Of a stretch of 53,017 bases of DNA, positions 27,185-35,631 are shown piece by piece. Numbering within the stretch: the stretch's first letter is position 1; every line of letters starts with the position of its first letter. The notes below the pieces were generated by a model, which saw nothing but the letters and a program-made list of their open reading frames with translations, ran no database searches and was not told where the DNA came from. The translations under genes were made by a program, and so were the position numbers. Source of the stretch: Candidatus Edwardsbacteria bacterium (GTDB lineage Bacteria > Edwardsbacteria > AC1 > JBFLXN01); NCBI GenBank assembly GCA_040755715.1, contig JBFLXN010000001.1, positions 1 through 53,017 of the forward strand. Reading direction: 5' to 3'.

Positions 27185-27320
27185 GATAGATGATTACACA
27201 GATTTCTTAAAGAGATTACACAGATTAAGCAGGATAAAATCGCTTGGGTTCAATTTTACACACAGGATATTGCTTCATTCTACAAATTCGCCCAGATAAA
27301 ATCTGTGTCTGTCTTTTTCG
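27185..27320. repeat. operon spacer with CACAGAT words; contains the 38-nt leader shared with 7731-7768
   Basis: GATTACACAGATTTCTTAAAGAGATTACACAGATTAAG at 27192-27229. AAATCTGTGTCTGTC occurs at about 27299. Confidence 0.6.
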
Positions 27321-27345
27321 CACAAATAGAATTTAGTCGGCAAAA

Positions 27346-28680
27346 CTACAATGTTGATAAATTTTGTTTCGTATAGTTCCTCAAAAGCCATTTCCATATC
27401 GGAACAAATTTTATTATTTTACTATTTACTTTTTCTTTATTCTCGTAGTCTCCTGTGATGACCAATCCTTCACTTAATTTGAACTCATTAAGTGCATTCA
27501 TCAATGCTTTTAATTCCCTTCTCTTGACTTCGTAATCCGCTATATCCCAAGAAATCTGTATCAATTTTGTTACCTTTAATCCATCCTTTATCACGAAATC
27601 CACTTCTTTGTTATTACTTTTCCAATAATAAATTTCTAGATTAGGATTAAGATTTTGTTCTTTCTTCAACTCTATGGCTACCAAATTTTCAATTAGCCTG
27701 CCCAAATTTTCACTAAATCTAAACCCCATTGAATTTGCAAGTCCTACATCTGTCGGATACACTTTTCTGGCTGATTTTTCCTGTTCTTTAACCGAGTATG
27801 AAAACCTTCTTATAAAAAATATTAGATTTGCTTCTTCTAAATATGATGAGAACTTTTCCACTGTAATAGTTGCCGTGTTTAGAAATTTACGGATAGAATT
27901 GAAGGTTATTGGTCTGGCCATATTGGTTAAATAAAATCTTACCAATGTCTTTAGAAGTTCACTTCTTTTTATTCTGTACCTTCTTTCAATATCTTTCGTT
28001 AAAATATCATCAAAATAACTTAAAAGCAAGATTTTTTTATTTTCACTCAAAGTGACTTCAGGAAATCCTCCCCATTCCATATATTCCCTTAACAATGCCT
28101 TTATTTCTATTTTCTTTGAGACAACATCTAATTGGTCCTTTAGAGTTATGTTTTTAAAAAACAAAAATTCACCGAAGCCCAATGGATAAATATAAACATC
28201 AAGGTGTCTACCTGTTAAAACAGTGGATATTTCACTGGCGAGTAACTTTGATGATGACCCCGAGATAATAATCTTTGCCTTTCCAAGTTCATGAGCAGTT
28301 CTCACCCACCGTTCCCAGTCAGGTACATTATGCACTTCATCTAAAAATATATAAGGTTTTCCTGAAGGGTTTAAAAACTCAAGGTATGTTTCATAAATTT
28401 CTTGTAAAAGTCCCGGATAAAATTCTGTAAATCGCTGGTCTTCAAAATTTATTATCAATGTGTTTTCCTGACCAAGGCCACGAGATATTAAATTTTTGGC
28501 AATTTGACGCATAAGATAAGATTTCCCTGACCGTCTTATCCCCACTATGACAAGGATTATATTAGATTTTAATAAATCTGAGCAAGTTTTTAGATATTCG
28601 CTTCTTTCTTTTCCTGTTTCTTGCTCTTTTTTCCAGAAGTTCCAATCATTTAGTATTTCTAAAACCAGATTTTTATCCAT
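27346..28680 (-). CDS. AAA+ ATPase with C-terminal DUF4143 (COG1373-like)
   Basis: 444 aa. Walker A GIRRSGKSYL, Walker B IFLDEVH, and a C-terminal EVDFVI segment. Confidence 0.7.
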   Translation of the reverse strand: MDKNLVLEILNDWNFWKKEQETGKERSEYLKTCSDLLKSNIILVIVGIRRSGKSYLMRQIAKNLISRGLGQENTLIINFEDQRFTEFYPGLLQEIYETYLEFLNPSGKPYIFLDEVHNVPDWERWVRTAHELGKAKIIISGSSSKLLASEISTVLTGRHLDVYIYPLGFGEFLFFKNITLKDQLDVVSKKIEIKALLREYMEWGGFPEVTLSENKKILLLSYFDDILTKDIERRYRIKRSELLKTLVRFYLTNMARPITFNSIRKFLNTATITVEKFSSYLEEANLIFFIRRFSYSVKEQEKSARKVYPTDVGLANSMGFRFSENLGRLIENLVAIELKKEQNLNPNLEIYYWKSNNKEVDFVIKDGLKVTKLIQISWDIADYEVKRRELKALMNALNEFKLSEGLVITGDYENKEKVNSKIIKFVPIWKWLLRNYTKQNLSTL

Positions 28681-29067
28681 TTGTTTGCTCTATTAAACAT
28701 ATTTTTAGAATTTTGTTTAGTGAGGACATTGAATTTGACGCCCCTACACTTGCCGATGGAACCACAGATTTCGCGGATTTCCGCCTATGGCGGAAATCCG
28801 TGATTAAAAAATTATTGAGTAGAGTAGGAGATGGTATTACTACCATCCTCCCCTGCTTCAAACCGAACATCCAGATTTCCCGTATTCGGCTTCCCGAAGG
28901 AATTGACAGGTCGCCTGCCCGTCTTTAGCCACCTTTGGTTCACTTTCGTTTCGGGCTGGGAGTTTGTCTTGTTCCCTCCAGATTTCGCCTCACGGCGAAC
29001 ACCCTGAACTTGACTACAGAGCCTCCCTAAGTCAAAGAGTCTGACCCGACTTTAACGGGCAAGCCAG

Positions 29068-29145
29068 TTAGGCAGTGAGGTACTCATTTCCGATACTTTC
29101 AAAATAGCCATTTTCATCTTGCTCAATCAATATATGTAGTTTCAT
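29068..29145 (-). pseudogene. HicB-like antitoxin N-terminal remnant
   Basis: GGAGAGAG RBS then MKLHILIEQDENGYFESIGNEYLTA*. IEQDE.GY is HicB-like. A shifted frame continues LACPLKSGQTL*LREAL, compare LPGC.tqG.TleEA. Confidence 0.3.
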
Positions 29146-29204
29146 TCTCTCTCCTTTTGGATCTACGCCTTATGCCTTGCACTTTACGCTTTACGCCTCA
29201 AGCT

Positions 29205-30629
29205 TTACGCTTCAAGCGTCCAGCGTTTAGCACTTTTTATAACATTTCCCTTCTCATCAAGGTAAATAGTCTTAATTTTATTCTCCTGTTCATCGTATTC
29301 AAAACGCACCGTGGCAAAATGCAAATCCTTGCGATTCTTCAGTTGTCCATTTTTGTCGTAATAACTCTCCTCAATCTTTTTTCCCTGCTCGTCATATTTG
29401 TAACGAACACTGGCAGCTCCCAAATATTTGTGTTCTTTTAACTTCTCATCCTTGCTGTAATAACTCACTTCCGCCATATTTCCTTCTTCATTGTATCTGT
29501 AACGCAGAATGGCGAAGCCAAAATCGTTACGCTCTTTCAATTGCCCATCAGCGCCGTAATAACTTTCCTCAATCTTATTTCTTTGCTCATCATATTTCCA
29601 GCGATAGATGGCGAAGCCCTCTATGTCTTCTATCAATTTCTCACTGGCACTATAATAGCTTTCCTCAGTCATATTTCCTTGGTCATTGTATTTGTAATGG
29701 ACAATGGGAATGAAGGATATGAATTTCCTATTCTTTCCGTAGTAAGCTATCTCAATTCTATTCCCCTTACTATCATATTTAGAACATACAGCGGCGACCC
29801 TCCAATCTTCACGCTCTTTTAGTTGGCCATCGGTTCCGTAATAACTTTCTTCAGTCACGTTTCCTTGCTCGTCATATTTCCAGCGCCAAATAGCAATACC
29901 AGCCTTGTTTTCTTTCAATTTCTCTTTGGCATCGTAGAGGCTTTCTTCAATCAGATTCTTCTGGTCATCGTATTTATAACGCTCGATGGCAATGCCTGAG
30001 ATCAATTTTGGACCCTTGCCGTAGAGAGCTATATCAATCATGTTTTCTTGTTCATCATATTTCCAGCGTATTTCGTGTCGCCCATATTTGTCCACAATTC
30101 GCTCTCCATTCTTATTAAGCCTAATAGACTTGATTCGGTTACCATTTTCGTCTACAGTCCAGACATATTGAGCAACACCCATATCGTCCTCTGTCAGTTC
30201 ACCATTTCTATCATAGTTGAGCAATGCAATGGGAACACTCTCTTTATTCAGTTTAAGCCCCTGGCAATAAACCCCAAAGCCAGAATTTGTCATCGGATTA
30301 CCCTTCACATCAAAGTAGTGTCTTTTTTCGTAACCCTCGGGATATTCTATCTTGATTTGAGCCACTTCAAAGATAGGGTCGTAACTCAGTTTACCCCGTT
30401 TCAAGTATTCTACTCTAACCAATCTGCCGTTTTCGTTACATACAAGATGATAGCAATCAACCTTGTTGGCGACCTCTTCTGTTATGGGATAGCGACCGAT
30501 AATCTGCCATTTACCGTCCCAAGCAGGCGATGTGATTCGCCGATAATAGATGTCTGTCTCTTTGCCCCATCCGGCAGCAGCCATTAGACTATACAATGCA
30601 AATATCAAGCAGACCGCAATTCTTTTCAT
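29205..30629 (-). CDS. secreted YD/RHS-like repeat protein
   Basis: Preferred start is MKRIAVCLIFALYSLMAAAG (signal peptide). About 10 units of ~31 aa of the form W(R/K)YDEQGN.IEESYY..DG.LKE resemble YD repeats. No toxin tip recognised. Confidence 0.6.
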   Translation of the reverse strand: MKRIAVCLIFALYSLMAAAGWGKETDIYYRRITSPAWDGKWQIIGRYPITEEVANKVDCYHLVCNENGRLVRVEYLKRGKLSYDPIFEVAQIKIEYPEGYEKRHYFDVKGNPMTNSGFGVYCQGLKLNKESVPIALLNYDRNGELTEDDMGVAQYVWTVDENGNRIKSIRLNKNGERIVDKYGRHEIRWKYDEQENMIDIALYGKGPKLISGIAIERYKYDDQKNLIEESLYDAKEKLKENKAGIAIWRWKYDEQGNVTEESYYGTDGQLKEREDWRVAAVCSKYDSKGNRIEIAYYGKNRKFISFIPIVHYKYNDQGNMTEESYYSASEKLIEDIEGFAIYRWKYDEQRNKIEESYYGADGQLKERNDFGFAILRYRYNEEGNMAEVSYYSKDEKLKEHKYLGAASVRYKYDEQGKKIEESYYDKNGQLKNRKDLHFATVRFEYDEQENKIKTIYLDEKGNVIKSAKRWTLEA

Positions 30630-30778
30630 AACTCCACTCTTGTTTATTCTTTCACATTTTTTCGTCTCTAAAGAGGCGGAGCCCCAATTATGCATAGCAC
30701 GACACATGGGGAGGGCCTTTGATGGCGTTTGTGCTATTCTCCCTATCCCGCATCAGCGGGACCTCCGCCTCATATTTT

Positions 30779-32110
30779 TTAAACGTAGTCATTTATTGGC
30801 CCATACAGCCAGTAGAAGCCATTTGTCAGAACTGCATTGACATCATTCGCTGAATTAGCGATGCCATCGTCAACGAGTTTTTTGGCTATCTCTCCTGTCT
30901 TGAGAAGATATTCTCTGGCAAGCCTTGCTCCAAGTCCCCTTGCCGTCTTAAGATTAGCAAAATAACTTGAAAGTGCCTCCTCCTTCTTTGGCTCAGCGAT
31001 TAGTTTTTTCCAGGGATTGAATCCGCTTGGAAGATTTCCAATCTTTTTATCCAAATCTTCTTTTAACTTCCCTTCAATAGGAATGTATTCTCCTTTTTCC
31101 AGACTATAAACAGCCACTGGTCTGTTTTTTTCGTATTTCAAAAATCCATCCTTCTGCGAACCGTCCGGTCTCTGGCCTCCCAGAATCTTTCTTTCAACCA
31201 TCACATCAATTATTTCACTCTTGAGAGAACCATCTTTGAGATGTTTTTTCATAACTCTCAGGATGCACTGAAAGACATCTATTCCGACATAATCAATCAA
31301 TTGGAAGATACCCATTGGTCTGATGAGAAAATCCTGGCTCACCCGATTCATCACATAGACTGCTCCAGCAAAAGAATGCTTTTTCTGTAATCTTTTCACC
31401 TGTTTGATAGCATAAAGTCCATCCCTGATGAAATGTCCATTTCCGATAAATCCAGCTACATCGTTTGCCGAAACCAGGGTCTTTCTTAGCCTTTTACCAA
31501 GTTCAGTAGCAATATCTTTAAGTTCCTGAGGGGTCGTTTTGCCTGTGATTACCTCCACCAACCTTTGCACCACGGGCGGATTGTAGAAATGATATCCAAT
31601 TATCTTTCCCGAAAGTCCTGCTTTCTCATCAAGAAAACCAATGGGCACAGAAGAGGTGTTGGTGAAGAAAAATATCTCTTCACTGCACATATTTTTCAAT
31701 TCTTTGAATACTTTAATCTTCAGTTTCTCATCTTCAATAATTGCCTCAAAAATCATCTTTGAATTCTTTGCCAAATTCAAGTCCGTACCGAATCTTACCA
31801 CAGAAAATGCGTCTCTTGCAAAGGCATTCACTATTTCTTCATTTTCCACAAGATTTTTTTTATCTCTATATATATCTCTTAAGGAAACAATTCCTTTTTC
31901 TGCGGTCTTAGTAAGCTCACTTCTAAGATAGTTTTGGAGACCATCAAGTCCTTTCTCACTAATATCAATCAGATTCAGTCTATAAATCTTGTCTTTGTTC
32001 TTTAGTTTTAGCCCTGCTATTTCCTGGGCTAAAAGAACGGCAATACCGCTGCCCATCTTCCCAGCCGCTCCAATTACGGAGACATTTTCTAATCTTTCAT
32101 CAAGTGTCAT
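30779..32110 (-). CDS. 3-hydroxyacyl-CoA dehydrogenase family protein (long form)
   Basis: 443 aa. Has the VIGAAGKMGSGIA Rossmann motif and the GYHFYNPP 3HCDH motif. Confidence 0.8.
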   Translation of the reverse strand: MTLDERLENVSVIGAAGKMGSGIAVLLAQEIAGLKLKNKDKIYRLNLIDISEKGLDGLQNYLRSELTKTAEKGIVSLRDIYRDKKNLVENEEIVNAFARDAFSVVRFGTDLNLAKNSKMIFEAIIEDEKLKIKVFKELKNMCSEEIFFFTNTSSVPIGFLDEKAGLSGKIIGYHFYNPPVVQRLVEVITGKTTPQELKDIATELGKRLRKTLVSANDVAGFIGNGHFIRDGLYAIKQVKRLQKKHSFAGAVYVMNRVSQDFLIRPMGIFQLIDYVGIDVFQCILRVMKKHLKDGSLKSEIIDVMVERKILGGQRPDGSQKDGFLKYEKNRPVAVYSLEKGEYIPIEGKLKEDLDKKIGNLPSGFNPWKKLIAEPKKEEALSSYFANLKTARGLGARLAREYLLKTGEIAKKLVDDGIANSANDVNAVLTNGFYWLYGPINDYV

Positions 32111-32550
32111 TATGAACCTCCTTGTATATTTTGTAATCGTCGCCTTTTCTTTCTGTGGTTAATGATTGCTCCCTTTACGAAATCACGAATTTCCCCGGCC
32201 ATTTGCTGAGCCATTTCTGCTTCGTCTCTACTGATTTCTGTTGGCCAATGAACCGGATAACGGGTATCTACATAAAAATCTGTAAGAAATTCGCAGGCTT
32301 TCTTAAGTTTAGAAAACGATGATTGGTGAGCCTGACAAATTTTGAGCAATTCCGGGAGATCGTGAATCCTCCTGAAAGATAACTCGCAAGCAACGATATA
32401 AGTTTTCAGATACTTCTCAGCCGCTTGTTGAAAGTGAAAGCAAATCTGAGTGAAGAAAGTATTTGAATGATTGGCAAGATTTAGAGAAGCAAAGCAAAAA
32501 TCTTCCTCTGCTTTATTCAACCATTCTCTGATAATTTTCTCATCTACCAT
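32110..32550 (-). CDS. HEPN domain protein (HEPN/MNT module 1)
   Basis: 146 aa. AEEDF..A, then FHFQQAAEKYLK, then RIHDL, giving an Rx4-6H-like HEPN pattern. Overlaps the MNT gene. Its stop abuts the hbd-like start. Confidence 0.75.
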   Translation of the reverse strand: MVDEKIIREWLNKAEEDFCFASLNLANHSNTFFTQICFHFQQAAEKYLKTYIVACELSFRRIHDLPELLKICQAHQSSFSKLKKACEFLTDFYVDTRYPVHWPTEISRDEAEMAQQMAGEIRDFVKGAIINHRKKRRRLQNIQGGS

Positions 32551-32872
32551 ATACTACTTTTCCTTCTTTTAAGATAGCCAGAACGAATGGATCTCCCAGA
32601 CGGATTCGCTCTTCAAATTCTTCTGGTCTATAGATGAGAAAATCTGTTGGCAGATTTTTTTTTATCAATCTCCTCAATTCTCTCGCCCTGTCTCTACCAA
32701 TAGTCGGAGTTTCTCTCTTGATAATTAGGAAATCAACATCACTGTCTTCGCTAAGATTACCCTGTGCCGCAGAACCAAAGAGGATTATTCTTTCAGGCTT
32801 GTATTTCGTTACAATTTCTTTGATTATCCTTTTGATTTCCCTCATCAAATTTTGCTTTTGTAATACGGACAT
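32540..32872 (-). CDS. minimal nucleotidyltransferase (MNT) antitoxin-type protein
   Basis: 110 aa. ILFGSAAQGNLSEDSDVDFLI is the GS...D.D motif. Confidence 0.8.
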   Translation of the reverse strand: MSVLQKQNLMREIKRIIKEIVTKYKPERIILFGSAAQGNLSEDSDVDFLIIKRETPTIGRDRARELRRLIKKNLPTDFLIYRPEEFEERIRLGDPFVLAILKEGKVVYGR

Positions 32873-32934
32873 TCTTTTCCCTCCCTTATGCTTACCGCGT
32901 AAATAGTGCCACTACATCTTTCCTTTCGCCACCA

Positions 32935-33705
32935 CTACCAGTTCGGCTTTCTCTTTTCCAAAAACGCCTTCATTCCTTCTTTTGCCTCATCAGTGGAAAA
33001 AAGAATACTGAACGCTTCCATCTCATAAGAATTTGCCGTGGTAAGATTAGCGTCAATGCCACGATTGACAACCGTCTTGGCAATATGAACTGCAGTAGGC
33101 CCAACTTCTATAATCTTCTTGGCCATGTTTTTTGCCTCTTCCATTAAACTCTCCGGTGCTACAACTCTATTCACCAGACCAATCCGAAACGCCTCTTGGG
33201 CCTCAATCATCTCCCCGGTAAAGATTAACTCTTTTGCTCTACCAATTCCGACCAGACGAGCCAACCGTTGGGTTCCTGCATGTCCAGGAATTAAACCAAG
33301 TTTTACCTCAGGCTGACCTAATTTTGCCTTTTCCGAGGCAATCCTTATGTCACAAGCCATCGCTATTTCACAACCAGAGCCTAAAGCATAACCATTCACT
33401 GCCGCAATTACCGGTTTTTCCATATTTTCAATAAACGATAACACCCGTTGTCCAATCTGGCTATATTCTCTCGCCTTGAGCGAATCCATCTCGGCAAGTT
33501 TAGAAATATCCGAACCGGAAACAAAAGATTTGCCTTCTCCGGTAAGAATTACCACTTTAATATTAGCATCATTATTTAACTGATGCATTGCTTCTTCCAA
33601 TTCCAGAATGGTCTCTGGGTTTATTGCATTCAGCACCTGCGGTCTATTGAATTTCACCACCGCAATTCCTTCTTCCCTTTCAATCAAAAAATTTTGAAAT
33701 GCCAT
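32935..33705 (-). CDS. short-chain enoyl-CoA hydratase (crotonase)
   Basis: 256 aa. VILTGEGKSFVSGSDI and AAVNGYALGSGCEIAMACD are canonical crotonase motifs. Confidence 0.85.
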   Translation of the reverse strand: MAFQNFLIEREEGIAVVKFNRPQVLNAINPETILELEEAMHQLNNDANIKVVILTGEGKSFVSGSDISKLAEMDSLKAREYSQIGQRVLSFIENMEKPVIAAVNGYALGSGCEIAMACDIRIASEKAKLGQPEVKLGLIPGHAGTQRLARLVGIGRAKELIFTGEMIEAQEAFRIGLVNRVVAPESLMEEAKNMAKKIIEVGPTAVHIAKTVVNRGIDANLTTANSYEMEAFSILFSTDEAKEGMKAFLEKRKPNW

Positions 33706-33765
33706 TGATTCCTCCCATTATTACATTGTTTGTTAAAACATTGTGAAGCAATCGTCAAACGATAG

Positions 33766-34134
33766 TCAAGCAGTTGTGAAACGACCGATGGATTTAATGT
33801 AATTGTTGAGTTTAACTTTCAGATTTATATAATCCTTAATAAACTTATCATATTCTTCTCCCGTGATATACTTACGCTTCAAGCTAAATAACATAAAGTG
33901 CTTCGTTTCTGTAAGAGAACCGCGTGCCTGACGACAAAACTGCTGGTTTTCTTTATAGTGAAACCGCCCATACCCTTCGGCAATATTTGCCCCTATTGAT
34001 GTACCCGCTCGTCTCAACTGGGAAACAACATTATATTTTTCTTCCTCAGGAAATCTCGAAGTAATATCATAAATCCGGTCTGCCAATTCTATTGATAATT
34101 TATACACCTCTAAGTCATCAAAATCCTTAATCAT
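33766..34134 (-). CDS. four-helix-bundle protein (23S rRNA intervening-sequence protein family)
   Basis: 122 aa. YKLSIELADRIY..T..FP.EEKY.VVSQLRRAGTSIGANIAEGYGR is the family signature. Confidence 0.8.
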   Translation of the reverse strand: MIKDFDDLEVYKLSIELADRIYDITSRFPEEEKYNVVSQLRRAGTSIGANIAEGYGRFHYKENQQFCRQARGSLTETKHFMLFSLKRKYITGEEYDKFIKDYINLKVKLNNYIKSIGRFTTA

Positions 34135-34194
34135 TACTCCTCCTATTGCTTGACCATCGCTTGACTATTGTTTGACTACTCCCCACTCATCGCC

Positions 34195-35496
34195 TTACCT
34201 TTTTAATAACCCCTTTTCGTACGCTTCTTTTTCTAATCTTTCCCGATGGTCTGGATGGGCAATGTCAATTAAGGATTTTGTCCGTTCCCGCAAGTTCTTT
34301 CCGTGAAGATACGCAATCCCATATTCGGTCACCACATAGTGAACATCACCACGGCTTGTTACCACTCCGGCGCCTTCTTTTAAAGACGAAACGATGCGTG
34401 AAATCTTTCCATCTTTAGCTGAAGCAGGAAGTGCAATAATTGGTTTACCTCCTTTTGAACTAGCGGCACCACGAATAAAATCTACCTGACCACCGATACC
34501 AGAATAAATCCTATGTCCGATAGAATCAGCACAAACCTGGCCAGTAAGGTCTACTTCAATGGCTGAATTAATCGCAACTATCTTGTCATTCTGAGCGACG
34601 ATAAATGGATTATTAGTATAATCGCAAGGATGAAGTTCAAATAGAGGATTGTTGTGGATGAACTGATACAACCTGCGTGAACCAAAAACAAAAGTAGCGA
34701 CAACTTTGCCAGGATGAAGTGTCTTTTGACTCCCGGTAATTACACCTGCTTCAATCGCCTCCATAATACCATCAGAAACCATTTCCGTGTGAATTCCTAA
34801 ATCTTTCTTATTTTTTAAATTGCTAATCACGGCGTCAGGAATACCACCTATTCCCAGCTGTAAGGTAGAGCCATCTTCAATCAGAGAAGTGACATAATTT
34901 CCGATCTTCTTTTCCACCTCGGTCGGCTCCTTCCGTGGGAGTTCAGGCAATTCTTCTGAAACTTCCACAATTTGGGCAGCTCGGGAAATATGAACGAAGC
35001 AGTCGCCCAGGGTTCTCGGCATCTTATCATTTATCTGGACAATCAAAGTCTTAGCGGCTTCTACGGCGGACTTAGAAGCCAAAGTTTCTACCCCCAAACT
35101 TAAGAATCCATGCTGGTCAGGTGTTGAGGTATGAATTAAGGCGACATCAATGGGCAGAGAGCCTGAACGCAAAAGTAGAGGAATTTGATAGAGAAAGATG
35201 GGAATATAGTCTGCTCTTCCTTCGTTAACTGCTTCGCGGTCTGCCGGTCCAACAAAGAGAGAATTGTGGCGAAAATGTCCTTCCATTTCAGGACGGGCGG
35301 TAGGGTCATCTCCCCACAGGAGAACATGGATGATTTCAACATTTTTTATTGCGTCTTTTCTTTGAGCCAGAGCTTTTAGTAAGGGATACGGTGTAGCAGC
35401 GTTGGCGCTAATATATACACGTTGACCACTCTTTACCACAGATACGGCAGATTCTAAGGAAAATATCTTTTTCTTATATTCTTCAATCCAGCTCAT
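34195..35496 (-). CDS. acetyl-CoA hydrolase/transferase family (4-hydroxybutyrate or butyryl-CoA:acetate CoA-transferase type)
   Basis: 433 aa. SGQRVYISANAATP, LQLGIGGIPDAV and GIGGQVDF motifs. Confidence 0.8.
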   Translation of the reverse strand: MSWIEEYKKKIFSLESAVSVVKSGQRVYISANAATPYPLLKALAQRKDAIKNVEIIHVLLWGDDPTARPEMEGHFRHNSLFVGPADREAVNEGRADYIPIFLYQIPLLLRSGSLPIDVALIHTSTPDQHGFLSLGVETLASKSAVEAAKTLIVQINDKMPRTLGDCFVHISRAAQIVEVSEELPELPRKEPTEVEKKIGNYVTSLIEDGSTLQLGIGGIPDAVISNLKNKKDLGIHTEMVSDGIMEAIEAGVITGSQKTLHPGKVVATFVFGSRRLYQFIHNNPLFELHPCDYTNNPFIVAQNDKIVAINSAIEVDLTGQVCADSIGHRIYSGIGGQVDFIRGAASSKGGKPIIALPASAKDGKISRIVSSLKEGAGVVTSRGDVHYVVTEYGIAYLHGKNLRERTKSLIDIAHPDHRERLEKEAYEKGLLKR

Positions 35497-35527
35497 TTTT
35501 TTCTCCTTGAATACAAGATAATCAGAA

Positions 35528-35625
35528 GGAATCGTAGGAAACGCAGGAACCGAAGGAAACGTATGAAACGTCAGAACCCCTGTTTCTCTCCCACACGATT
35601 CCTCCGTTTCCTACGTCTCCTACGG
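35528..35625. repeat. operon-spacer hairpin, word GGAAACG
   Basis: CGTAGGAAACGCAGGAACCG faces CGATTCCTCCGTTTCCTACG, about 18 of 20 complementary. Confidence 0.7.
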
Positions 35626-35631
35626 CTTTAA

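Noticed and set aside
28673-28928. Two short ORFs (65 aa on the minus strand, 71 aa on the plus strand), and a plus-strand string TTGACAGGTCGCCTGCC that vaguely resembles a cobalamin-riboswitch B12 box.
   Set aside because: The ORFs run across REP-type hairpins and have no RBS. The B12-box-like string lacks the other conserved riboswitch elements. It is also on the strand opposite to all genes, with no downstream plus-strand gene to regulate.
28700-29100. A possible RNase P RNA, tmRNA, SRP RNA or group II intron domain V in the GC-richer gap.
   Set aside because: I could not find GAGGAAAGTCC/ACAGAACCCGGCTTA (RNase P), a GGGG...TCCACCA tRNA-like end (tmRNA) or the SRP GGAAGCAGCC motif. A 34-nt D5 helix with the AGC triad is also absent. 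Only a covariance-model scan could settle this.
30048-30587. Long plus-strand ORFs antisense to real genes. Examples are 30048-30587, 41553-42083, 47276-47674, 21955-22392, 7957-8319 and 19397-19792.
   Set aside because: All lie opposite genes with strong family motifs. Their compositions are Ser/Phe/Leu/Ile-rich and low in complexity, as is typical of antisense frames in AT-rich DNA or of protein-repeat periodicity.
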